DNA of 64,000 bases from Vitrella brassicaformis CCMP3155. Its lineage: Eukaryota; Protista; Chromerida. A model generated the notes under the pieces. It was not told the DNA's origin. It saw nothing but the letters and a program-made list of their open reading frames with translations, and searched no databases. The translations under genes were made by a program, and so were the position numbers. The DNA is taken from the NCBI GenBank assembly GCA_001179505.1, contig CDMY01000367.1:35107-99106 (forward strand), in the 5' to 3' direction. Position 1 is the first letter of the stretch, and each line of letters starts with the position of its first letter. Shown here one piece after another: positions 1-11,418 of the stretch.

Positions 1-959
1 AGCCAGTCAGTCAGTCAGTCAGTCAGACTGCCCCCCGGCTCTGCTCCGTATCGGCCGATACGAGAGGCACAAGGGCGGGCCCGCCCCCCTGGCTGCGCTG
101 CGCTGCGTGGCTGGCGTTCCTTTTTCATTCAATTCAGACCTTTTGCCCCTCTGTGTGTGTGTGTACCTGTCATGTGTGTGTGATTGATTGCATGTGTGCG
201 TGAGCAAAGGTTACTAGCAGGTAGGTAGGGTAGATTCATTCGCCCGGCACGCATGCCGGCAGCGTTTAGGAGTTTATTGTGATTGGTTGGCGGGCAAAGA
301 CAGGGGACATAGGTGGGCGGGGCGGTGGGCGGGGCGGTATGTATTTGTGCCTGCTTGAGCGACTGTGCGTGGATTGAGGGGGATGTTTGGGTGCGTGCCT
401 TGCCTGTCGTGCGGTGTGATTTATCCCGACAAGCCGCCGAGCTAGCTGCCGCCGCGTCGCGTAAAGACGAGACGAGTGATAGACAGCTCACCGGCTTGCT
501 GTGCTGGGACATCTGATGGATGGATGGATGGATGGATGGACACGCCGATGTCTCTCTGTGGATTGCTGACTACTCTATGCGCATCTTGATGTGTGTCTGT
601 GCATTTGCACGCTCCTCAAAGTGAGACTTTTGAGTGCCTTCCTTCCTGCGTGCTGCTGGCCTGACTGCAACATCTCCTTCAATGCGAACACGTCCGTCCG
701 TTAGTTACCCATTTCGGCACGCAGTCGAGTCCGTCCCGTCCGTCAGTCGATCCACAGACATACAGACAGACAGACAGACAGACAGACATACAGACACACA
801 CGCACACACGCACACACAGGCAGATAGATAGATGTGTGTATGTACACGTGTAAAAGTGTCTGGGCTGGTCAGCTGGCCGCGACGTTCACTGTGTCTCCCT
901 CCTGGCATGGCATGGCCTAGGCTAGCTGGGCGACTCCGAAACTGCAAATAAAACAGGGA

Positions 960-2551
960 TCACGGCTGCTTCTTGACCTCGACGGAAAGTCTGCCACGCC
1001 AGCAAACATGCATGTCCCTCCTTCACTGGCTGCCTGGCTGGCACGGCCATTCAGCCCTCCCCTCCCTGTCTGCCTCCTCTGCCTCTATGTGTGAGTGTGT
1101 GGTCACCTGAGTATTTTGAGGCATGTGTAGAATTTGTCCCGGGCGTCCTCCTCGGGAATGAGGAAAAACAACTTGACCCTGTCGGGCTTGGTCTCCATAC
1201 CTACGCACACACACACACACACACATGGATGGATGGATGGATGGGGGACATGACTGATGGGCGTCTCTCTCACCGACACAGTGTGGTGCGTCTTCGGGAT
1301 AGGGGAAGGCGGGGTTCTTCTTCATGATCTTGGTGCCCCTGTACACACTCTCGATCTGGGCACACACACATGCACAGGCACCCACAGGGGCAGAGACAGC
1401 AGGCAGGACAACCAATCTGTCTGTCTCCCTGTCTCCCTGTGTGTGTTGCATCCATCGCGTCTCGTCTCGTCTCGCACCCCTTTCATCTCGATCTTCTTCA
1501 TGTGTTCTGGCACTTCATCGCCGCTCTCCCCCTCACCCTCGCCCTTGACCGGCTCCAACGTGAAGTGCTACGGACGGACAGGCCACCGCACACACAACAG
1601 TGACTGCAGTGGGGTTGTGAGCTGTGCAGTGCTGTGCTGTGGCTGGCTTACCTGGAGGTAGTTGTCCATTTGGAAGAGGGTCCTGAACTTCCTCCCTGCA
1701 CACTCATCCAGAGGGTGAACTTTGGACACTCCTGGGCGGGCCTGTGCCTGTGTACCGTCGAGGTCTATGACGGTCATCTCCATGCCCTTGACGGCATCCT
1801 GACCCACACACAAAGAGACAAACACAGGACGACGAGACACACGTAGGCCTGATTGTGCAATGACCTCTTCGCACACACGAATGCGTGACAGTCAGTCAGT
1901 CAGTCAGTACCTTTGCGAAGTCCTTGACAACCCGCTGCAGACGAGCCTTCTCATTCTCCTGCCCGCCCACAACAGACACACAGTCACACCACACACGTAC
2001 ACACGTACGGGACCGTACGTATAGATACCACTTACCTTCTCCTCAGCGGTGAGTTTGCTGCCTTTGGCCGGCCCTCCTGTCCTCCTGCCGCCCTCATTGT
2101 CGTCCGCCTCGCCGCCCTCGGCATCTTCACCAGGGAGCACCACCTGAATGTGACTCCCGGGCCCGCCTGGCGACGACTCATCGCCAAGTGGTGGATTTGC
2201 GGCTCCGAGTGGCGGGCTCTGCTCGGGGCCTGGCTCAGACACGCCATTGTATCCAGTCAGCTGACCCTTCCCCAGGGTCACCTGACCCGGATCGGGGCCG
2301 ACTGCAGTGACAGACAGACACGAGAGGAAAAGAAGATACCGACACTGCCACTGCATTTGGCTTCTCTCTTTGAAGCCCTTCTTTCGTCCACGGTTGATTG
2401 CGTGTGTGTGCCTTCTCGCAGCCAAAACCTCACGTGAGATGCCGACTTTGTGTCCCTTTGGGCCCGCCATGAGCTGCGTTGACTCCTCCGCCCGCGCCTC
2501 CTCGGTAGGTGTGCAACACGAGCAAAAGAAGCTATGAAAGAGTCCCGCCAT
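960..2551 (-). CDS. Alveolate PH-fold / IMC sub-compartment protein (ISP)-like protein, multi-exon
   Basis: Spliced exons read MAGLFHSFFCSCC... / ...EKARLQRVVKDFAK / DAVKGMEMTVIDLDG...FQMDNYLQ / HFTLEPVKG... / IESVYRGTKIMKKNP / GMETKPDRVKLFFLIPEEDARDKFYTCLKILR / LSVEVKKQP* (TGA 960-962). The N-terminal Cys cluster suggests palmitoylation. Family assignment is from recalled similarity only. Confidence 0.6.
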
Positions 2552-2760
2552 GGCGATGAGTGATACACGGCGGCGAGAGGACTTCAGATGGGGGACGCCA
2601 GTGGGGGCTGAGACTGCAGTTGCGAGCTTGGCTGTAGACCCCCAGATCTTCCGTCCTGAGCCTCCTGTCACTCCCTGAAGCTGCTCGGGTCACACTTGAC
2701 AGCGGGCGTTCATTGCCGGCTTCTTTCACCTCCTCGAGATTCATCCGGGAGTGTTCACCA
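2552..2760. promoter_or_regulatory. Probable bidirectional promoter (ISP-like / CobW)
   Basis: About 210 bp between divergent start codons; contains AGATCT at 2644-2649. Confidence 0.5.
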
Positions 2761-4925
2761 ATGCGGAAGAAGGTTCCTGTGACCATCGTCACGGGCTTCC
2801 TGGGTAGGCATGAAGCACAGAAGCACACCGACACGACGGCAACAGTCATGATCTGCTGCTGTCCTTTTGGGCTCGGCGCAGGTGCTGGGAAAACGACGCT
2901 GCTCAGGTGCTCATCTCATCCATGCGAATGTGGAGAGATCGATCACGGCAAAGATGCGACGGTCTGTTTGTTGGATGGATTGGGGTTTGTTCATTCTTTG
3001 ATGTATGCTGACAGGTACATATTGCGTCAGCCGCACGGCAAGCGCATAGCAGTGGTACAGAATGAGTTCTCGGAGGAGATGGGCATCGAGAGCCCCGTCA
3101 TCGTCGACGACAAAGGGGAGGTCTACAAGGAGATATACGAGCTCCCAAACGGATGTAAGCCTCGGCAGACAGACAGACTCAACTCTCACGCATTAATCAC
3201 TCGGATGTGATGTGATGTGATGTGATGTGTGTATGTTAACAATGTGCCATGGCATGCAGGCATCTGTTGTTCGGTGCGTGACGACTTGGTGGCGACGTTG
3301 GACAATTTGCTGGAGCACCAGGACCGGTTCGACTACATTCTGGTGGAGACCACGGGTGTGGCCGACCCTGAGCCCGTCACCGCCGCATTCTGGGTGGACG
3401 CTAACCTCGACTCACGCCTCTACCTCGACGGCATCGTCACACTCGTCGATGCCAAGAACGTCCTGCGGTGAGTGAGGCCACACATGTGGGCACAGATTAT
3501 CGCTGGCTGGCTGCATCGAGTGCAGGTCGGCTTGGGTCTGTGTGTTGTGTGCAGGTGTTTGGGTCACGAGAACTCGTCGAGCCCTCCGTCGGAGCAAGCG
3601 AATGGGCGCGCTGGACAGGGAAAGGGAGAGGGGGATGGCGAGGGGGAGAACGTCGACTGGCTGGAGAGGGTTCGGCAGATGAGGACCGACCACAAGTCTG
3701 CAGAGGCGTCGGCGGGTAGGAAATGGGCTCGTCGCGAGGGACTCCCCACAGACACGTATGGACATGTATACATGTGTGCGCTCACGTGGTGTGCATGTGA
3801 CTCAGGTCTAGAGGTAGAGGCAGCCAAGCAGATTGCCTTTGCCGACTGCATCCTGGTCAACAAACAGGTCAGGGGAACTAGATCCACGACGCACACACAG
3901 GCTGAGGCAACGGCGCGTGTGCTGTGTGTTTCAGGATTTGCTTGCCGAGTCGTCGGACAGCGAGCGTCTTGAGGAGATCATCACCTCCATCAACCCATAC
4001 GCACGAATCGTCAGGTGCAGACAGACACACATACACACACATGCACAGATACACACACGTCCATCAGCTGAGCTGACCGTCCTCTGGCCATCCCATCCCC
4101 CCATCTGTCTGTCAGGTGCACCCGCTCGGAGGCCCCCCTGGACTCCCTCCTCCACCTGAGAGCTCTCGAGACAGCCGAGACGCAGCCACAAGCATTCATG
4201 CTCGCACAGCCGCCAAACAGCCGACAAAACAACCACAACCACCATGACGACCACCACAACCACAATCACGAGCATCAGCATGATCATGATGAGCACCACG
4301 AGCTTGAGCACCCACCCAAGCACAGCCACGTGGGCGCCCCCTCCCATGCGCACTCACATGGCCACCCCCTGGTGGACAGCGTCCTGCTCACAAGACCGAC
4401 GGCCGCCAGCGGCAGGGCGGGGGGAGGCCAAGGGCGGGTGCTCAGCTGGGATGCCGTCAATCGGTGGATAGCCAGGATGCTCTGGGAAGCTGCCGCCGGC
4501 AAGATATACAGGTCGGTGACTTAGTAAGTCAGTGAGTCAGTGCAGCCGACGCACGCAGCACATGTGTGTGAGAGATCCCATGTGTGTGTGTGTTCAGGTG
4601 TAAAGGCATCTTCACGGCCATCGGAGGTGACGAGGAAGATGACAGTGACATGCCCGGCGCAGAAGACGACGACGAAGCCCCCGCACTGCAACCGTCACCG
4701 TCGCCAGCAGCAGCAGCAGCAGCAGCAGAGACGACCGATGTCCCCCGGCTGTTCGCCCTGCAGGGTGTCGGAGAGCTGTTTGAGATCGAGCGGGTGAGGG
4801 ACAACAACGGCAGTGGCGGCGATGGCGAGGGTGCGTTTCAGTCCAAGTTCCTCTTCATCGGTCGGCATTTGGACCGTGAGCAGCTGGACAAGGGGCTCGA
4901 GCAGTGCTGGGCTGAGGCTGCCTGA
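2761..4925 (+). CDS. CobW/COG0523 (G3E family, ZNG1/CBWD-like) zinc-metallochaperone GTPase, multi-exon
   Basis: Walker A VTIVTGFLG/AGKTTLL split by an intron, IAVVQNEFSE, GC/ICC CxCC motif, ILVETTGVADP, ADCILVNK, a His-rich linker (~4230-4370), and CobW_C-like YR/CKG...LQGVGELF...FIGRHLD; stop 4923-4925. Confidence 0.95.
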
Positions 4926-5211
4926 TCTGCAGATGGCCAGCCAATACAATCAATACATGGACGGGTTGATTGTTGATGGAGTTAGTTGTGCCTTCACTCA
5001 CTCACTGCTGAGTGAGTGACTAGGTAGGTAGGACAGTCATTGAATGGTGCAATGGATGGATGGATGTGATTCGACATACACACATTCGACATGACAGATA
5101 GACAGACAGCCACCCAGGTGTGTGCGCTAAGTTAAAATGGATGGATCATATATCGAATCGAAGAGGGTCTGGGCCGGGTCAGAGTAGAGAGAGTGTCACG
5201 TCACATCACGT

Positions 5212-5246
5212 ATTGGTGACACCAACTTGGTGTTGGTGTCACCAAT
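5212..5246. repeat. Perfect 15-bp inverted repeat with 5-nt loop
   Basis: ATTGGTGACACCAAC-TTGGT-GTTGGTGTCACCAAT, between the convergent CobW and MON1 3' ends. Confidence 0.9.
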
Positions 5247-5403
5247 CAATCCATATGTAGGTAGGCATCTTGCTTGGTATATATGTATGTACAGCGGATC
5301 GAATACGGAATCAAAGACGCCGTCAAGCCGTCGCATCAATGAATGAACCCGGACAGACAGACAGGCAGACCCCACAGAGATAAAACGCACGCCCTTCAGA
5401 CTA

Positions 5404-5437
5404 ACAGACAGACAGACAGACAGACAGACAGATAGAC
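5404..5437 (+). repeat. (ACAG)n microsatellite, representative of the many (GT)n, (GACA)n, (GGAT)n and (CAGT)n tracts in introns and intergenic DNA
   Basis: Directly visible tandem ACAG units. Similar tracts occur at ~4-27, ~514-540, ~6068-6093, ~31349-31376 and elsewhere. Confidence 0.9.
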
Positions 5438-5712
5438 AGACGGACATTCGTCCCTCCAGCAGGCAGGCAGGGGGGCGGGCAGCTGCTTGATTGTGTTGCT
5501 GTGTGGCTTGTCGTGCGTTACCCTACTACGTGAGGAGGGGCATGTCATGGCATGATGTCCGTCCATTCATCGCAGCCCGCCCCGCCTCACGAGATGGCCC
5601 CACTCCACAAGGCAAGCAGCAACGCGCTCATTCGACACTCAGTGAATAGGATAAGACGGACGGACGCACTGAGAACACGCCTGTCTCGCCGGCTGGCTGT
5701 CTGGTTGGCCGG

Positions 5713-8700
5713 TTATAGCGTGGGTATGTTGGATATGAACAGGAAGCTCTCCTGCGTCTTGAGCCACTGCACCAGCTGAGTCAACGAATGGGTGCTCAAC
5801 TCTGACACAACACAAACAGACAGACACACAGACAGACGTCAGCAGAGCAGAAGCCGAAGAGACAGAGAGAGAGAGAGAGAGAGGCAAATGCATGGATTGG
5901 ATACGATGAGCGGTGTGCGGTTGCGTGCCTGCAGGTATGTGCGTATTCACCTACCTGTCCATCTGGGTGCGCAACAGTAGAGGTGGTACTCGGCCGTCTG
6001 CCACACGAAGAACGACTCGTGCTGAAACAAAGAACCAACGAACCATACAAGGACACAATAAGGCCAGTGGATGGATGGATGGATGGATGGATGGCCCTCT
6101 CTCCCTCACTGTCCTCACCCTTCGCTTGTAGAAGAGCTGACACGGCAACTTGGCTTTGGTCTTGGCCAGCAATGTCTTGCAGCAGTGATACACACTAAAC
6201 AACCTGCACACACACCACACACCACACACGAAACAAGTCCTGCCGCCCATCGGGTCGTAGGTGGGGCAGCTCACTCACTGTTGCTCCCTTGCAGGTTCCT
6301 GGTAGTCTCTGCTGAATGCCGACCCGAAGTACTGCTGGAGGGAGGGGAGGAAGTAGCCCACGTGGATGAACGGCACACCCAAGGTGCTCAGCAAACTGTT
6401 GGCTGGACGTGACGTTGGTTGGGATGGACACGACAACACATGCAGGACATGACGCACACGCACGCACTGATGTGGATGGGATGGAGGCGTGCCGTGCCGT
6501 ACAGCACTTTGTGTGTGTATGTGTAATTAATGTACAGACACCACACCACTTAGCTTACGGAGTGCGTATGGGCAGTATGCGATGGAGGTGCGGATGGCGT
6601 CAAGGCACCCACTGCTCGACAAGGCCTGAGCCAAGAATGAAGAATGAAGAATGACGCCACGCCACAACCGTGAGACAGACAGACAGACACATCGGTTCCT
6701 ATCTGTCTGTCTGTCTGTCTGGTCAACCTACTTTCTCCCTCCCTCCCTACCTCCATCATCCTGTGGAAGTGCTGTGACAGCGCATAGAACTGGTCGCCGT
6801 CCGACGTGGATGACAGCACCACCAGACCCAAATCGCGACCAGAGAAGTTGACGTACGCATACAAAAACGCGCTGCACACAGACAGACAAACAGCGGCACA
6901 TGCCGCGATGCTTCCCTCCCTCCCTCTCTCCCTCTCGTTCTCTGTCTCTGGTGTGGGTCACGCCTCGCCCCGCCCACCTGTCGTTGTAGTGTGGGAGGCA
7001 GACAGGTGTCCATGACTCTGACTGCCGCAGGGCCGACGACCGAACCAAATTGATCAGAATCACCAAATCTGACCATACATGCCAATCCATACAATATGTG
7101 AACACATACACACACACAGGCAGACAAATAGTTCGCCACTCACTCACTTAACCCATGAATCGCGCCTCCCTCTGTCTGTCCGAGTGTACCCACCTGTGGG
7201 GTGCAGTTGGTTCTTGATGACGCGTGACACGGCCATGGTGACCACCCGGTGGTGCGCCAGTAGAATGGCCGCCAGCACGTGGGGCTGCGGATTCACACCA
7301 CTCCCAACCGCCCTAAAGTCCTTCAACGCGTTGGTGGCGATGACCCGCATCGGGGGCGCCAGGGGCAGCGGCTCGAAGCTGTCAACCAGGGCGAACATGT
7401 CCCTCCCCGACCACTCGATCAGGTTATTCAGCACGGCATCCGTGCCGCCCAGCAGCGCCCTCACGTCATAGGAGGGGCGGGCCTTGAGTGTCTTGTCGAT
7501 GCCGCGGGTGAGGATGCATATGAGCTGCTGGTGGATCCGATCCAGCAGCTCCGCCAGCATGCTGTAGGTGTGGATGCGCTGGTGGTGATGCTGGGGATAG
7601 ACGGTGGGGCCGTCAGAGGGGTGTGGGGCTGTGGCTGTGGGTGGGGTAACGGGGCAGGAGGGTGCAGTGGACGGGACAGAGAACGACTGGAGGGCGTCGA
7701 TGGACTCCTGCCATTTGTTGCGTCCCCTGACGCCCCGCGATATGCTGACCAGCCAGAGTGGGCCCCGCTCCATGAAGGCGAAAATGTGGTCGCCCGCCTT
7801 GATGTACCGCAGTGAGTCGGTGCCCTTGGAGTGCACAAACAGCGACGCCATCTTGGACACAATCGCCGACAGCGTGCCAGTGAAGGCGCTGAGGCGGTCT
7901 TCGCTGCCGTATCGGCTCCACACGGGCTTGCCCGAGTAGGTGAAGATGAGCACGTGGTCGTCATGCTTGTACCATTCAGGCACCGAGTCGTCTTCGTCCA
8001 CACACTTGCTGGCCAAGTCGTAGGAGCTGTGGATCTCATCCACCGACTTGCGCAGAGCGAAGGACCGGTTCCGCGCCGGCCGGCCGTCGGGCAGACCCGG
8101 CGGCCTCCTCGTTTCGCTATCGCCCTCGGGCTGCTCCCCTCCCTTGTCGCCGCGCCCTTCTCGCCTCTCCGCCAGCACCACCTCGCCATTGTCTGTCGTC
8201 GCCTGCTCGGGCTCTGCCTGAATCTCCTTGGCTGGTGCCTCTGCTGGCTGCGAGGGCTCCAGCGATATGCCCTCGAGAGGGCTGCCCTCGTTGCTGGTGG
8301 GGGATGACTCGCCGGATGAGCCTTCATCGTAGCGCAGGGGGACTGATGGGAGGGGAGGGGAAGTGCCCCACTTGACGCCATTGGGAAGGTCTTCGGCGGA
8401 GGCTGCAAAGGGCTCAGATGGCCGCTGGATGTCGTCGCCCTTGCTGCCGGCATCAGGCTCATCAACTCGCTCCTGGTCTGTTGCTGCAGCGCTCGCTGGC
8501 TGAGTTGTGTCCTGGGTGCCGTAGAAGTCGTCACATGAAGCATCTTGTTCACTCTCGAGCAGGATATCCTCCAAACCAACACGTGGCGCCGGCTCCTCGG
8601 CGTCTTCTGCACCCTCTGTCACGCTGAGGAACGCACCCGACATCACTGGCGGATGGACCCGCTCCCGGTCTTCTGCCGCTGCCGCCGTCCGCATGCCTCT

Positions 8701-8979
8701 TGCCGTCCGCAGGGGCGAGCCCTCTTGGGCATAGTCAGACCAGTCAGCTCCAGCAGCATCCTCTTCGTCGGCCTCATCCTGAATGACCAGCAGAGATCTG
8801 TCCCGCGGCACTGTCGCATCCTCATCTGCTGCTGAAGCTGCTGCTGCTGTTGATGGCTCCTCTGTGATCTCCTCCTCGCCCGTATCAGCAAAGCCGCCGG
8901 GCACGCCAGCCACACGTGCCGCGTGTGAATCGGCTTCGCTGTCCACAGGAAGTGGCGTACCCTCATTTGCTTGAGCCAT
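5713..8979 (-). CDS. MON1: Vacuolar fusion protein Mon1/SAND (Rab7 GEF subunit), multi-exon; start could extend to ATG 9117
   Basis: HVLIFTYSGKPVWSRYG, LICILT, YDVRALLGGT, ESWTPVCLP, AFLYAYV, FFVWQTAEYHLY and final exon ELSTHSLTQLVQWLKTQESFLFISNIPTL* (TAA 5713-5715). A long acidic N-terminus lies in the first exon. Confidence 0.93.
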
Positions 8980-9180
8980 GCTGAGATCTTCCGCCACAAA
9001 AGCTGCTGCGTTTTGATTCTTCTTTGCAAGCGAAGCGCGCAGAAGGATCGGGCTTCCTGAAACCGATGCTAATCGGGAGGAGGAAGGGACTCGGATGGCT
9101 TTCCCATATTCGCGCATCACAAGAGCTCCCTCCGCCCGTTCCAGCGAAGTCTGACTGGTCCCTTCCTTCTTGTGACGAGC

Positions 9181-10809
9181 ATGACAACAAAGAAGAGGTG
9201 AGGGATGCGTTCAAGATCTACACAGACGTATGTAGACGCACATCCATGATGATTTTGTTTCCTCGCTTCAGTTCCACATCAGGTGATGTTCTCCTTGGCT
9301 TCGTCGGGCCACCCCTGAGTGCATCGGAAGCAACTGACCCATCGGTGTCACGGATTGGAGGCAAACCGGTACGCCACATCAACGATAGATAGGAAACGAT
9401 TTTGCTGATGCATGCTGTTCACATGGATTCTCTTGCGTGAGTCGCAGGCCTGGTTGGGTGAGGCACCACTTGAGTCTTCGCTGCGCTGCGGCATCTGTGT
9501 GGGAGATCTGACATTCGTCGCCCAAATGTAAGCGACCGTGGCGACACTTTAGGGCCCGTCCACTCACTCACTCACTCATTCACTCACTGTGTTGGTCGTT
9601 GGCTCTGTCGATGTCTTCACGGTTAGGGACACCACTTACGAGTCTTCGCACCACCGTGTGCTGTACCTGTTCACGTGCCTCCATCACCTGGACACAGCCG
9701 CATCGGCCGCATTCCCAAAACCATGCTGCCTCTACACGCAGGGCTGGAAGGCCATCCGCGTCAAACGAACGGCGGCACTACAGGCGACCACACCACCGGT
9801 GGAAGAAAGGAAGACTGACCCACCTGGGTCAGGTGGGACAACGGGGTCTGCTTCTGAGAACGTGGCGGCGGATATCGTGTCCTATGATGATTGGGGTGCC
9901 AACGTTGACGATGAGCTTGAGGCTCTGATTGACAAGGTCACCAACTGGCAGCCCTCAGCGGCAAGCACCACCCAGGAGAAGCAGCAAACAGCGGCATCGC
10001 AGGCTTCGGCATCCGCTGCTCATGCGACACCCACCGACGAGCCAACATCGTCTCTACCGGTCTACGGCTACTCGCTCTCGGTGGACGAGGAGCCCTACCA
10101 CCCTGGCGACCAGGGCGCCAAGAGCCCTGAGGAAGAGAGCGATGAAGACGAGCTGGAGGACGACGACAAGGCCGCTGCGTCCGACGCACACGTCATGCAA
10201 CTCTACAAACGGTACTGCAACGATTCCAGCCAGCAGCCGCCGCCGCCGCCGCCGCAGCAGGCCAGCAAGACCGCAGACACGAAGCGGCCAGAGAGGCGAG
10301 GCAGCACGTCATCATTCGACGACAACGAAGGCAACGAGCGCGACGGTTCAGAGGTCATGGGCGAGGAGCCGTACGAGGCCGACGACCCCGACGTAAGGGC
10401 TCTCCGCGCCTTCCAGCTGCGCGTTGCCCGCAGCCCACAGCAGGTCGTCCGCTACTCATTCGGCGGCACGCCGCTCTGGCTCAAAGCGCGTGACAAGGAG
10501 CCCGGTGGCGGGGACGGGGAGCGGTGCGGGGCGTGTGGCGGCCGTCGTGTGTTTGAGATGCAGCTGCTGCCCACCCTCCTGACGCAGCTGCAGTCGCGAC
10601 TTGGCCATCTGCTGGCCGAGGAGAGGAAGAGAGAGGCAGGCGGCGATGGTGGCGAGACGGCTGAGGGTGTTAGGTCGTGTATGTGGGATTTGAGTCGTGT
10701 GGCGTCTGGGGAGTGGGGCACTGTGGTGGTGATGTCTTGTGAGGCTGACTGCGGGGGGGATGGGGATGGGCGGGTGGAGGAGGGGGTGGTCGTGCAGGAA
10801 GAGGCCTGA
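9181..10809 (+). CDS. PDCD2-like (PDCD2_C / Tsr4-type) protein, multi-exon
   Basis: ATG 9181 MTTKKS splices to STSGDVLLGFVG...SRIGGKP, then CGIC...FVAQI and HRVLYLFTC. The C-terminal domain reads FQLRVARSPQQVVRYSFGGTPLW, CGACGGRRVFEMQLLP, EWGTVVVMSC. Confidence 0.92.
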
Positions 10810-11418
10810 CATACATGACTGACAGGGTCTGTCTGATCGCATACAAGGCACTTGTCTGCTTGAAGAGGGATGTCTGTTGGCTGCATGTGGTGTGGATTAT
10901 GACTTGAATGAATGACTTGAAGTGCAATTGCGATTCAGCTCAAAGCATTCAACTGCTCAGAATGATTGTCTTGTATAATCGATCAATGTTCGTGGCCACG
11001 TCTCGATCTCTTGTCTGCAGTGCTCGGTGTCTAGGATAAGAAGGTGAGGTCGTGTACACCTTCTTTCTTGGCCTGGACACCAAAGAGTGCAGACAAGAGA
11101 TCGAGACGCAACACATGACGCAATCAGAATGATGCCCGTGGCTAAAACCCTCACAACTAAATGCATAGCGAGCCGGCCACTTCAGGAAAAAACCCGCGCG
11201 CTCACATTCGTCAACACAGCGGACCCGAAGCCACGCGTGCAACACCCGCCATGCAGAGACGCACTCACACAAACACGCACCATCCAGAAAAAAACGTCTG
11301 GGGGACTCTCTCGTTTGGCACGACGAGGAAAAAACCAAACCCATTCAGACGTACCTTCTTGGGTCGACCTGCCCACCCGCGTCACGTACCCAGCCACCAA
11401 AAAAAAAACAGTGGTCAC

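Noticed and set aside
19-947. Short ORFs at the window start
   Set aside because: They translate microsatellites (THT/QTDR/VCLS repeats) and are probably UTR or intergenic DNA.
7279-8627. Several overlapping ORFs on both strands
   Set aside because: Alternative-frame or antisense shadows of the GC-rich MON1 exon 1.
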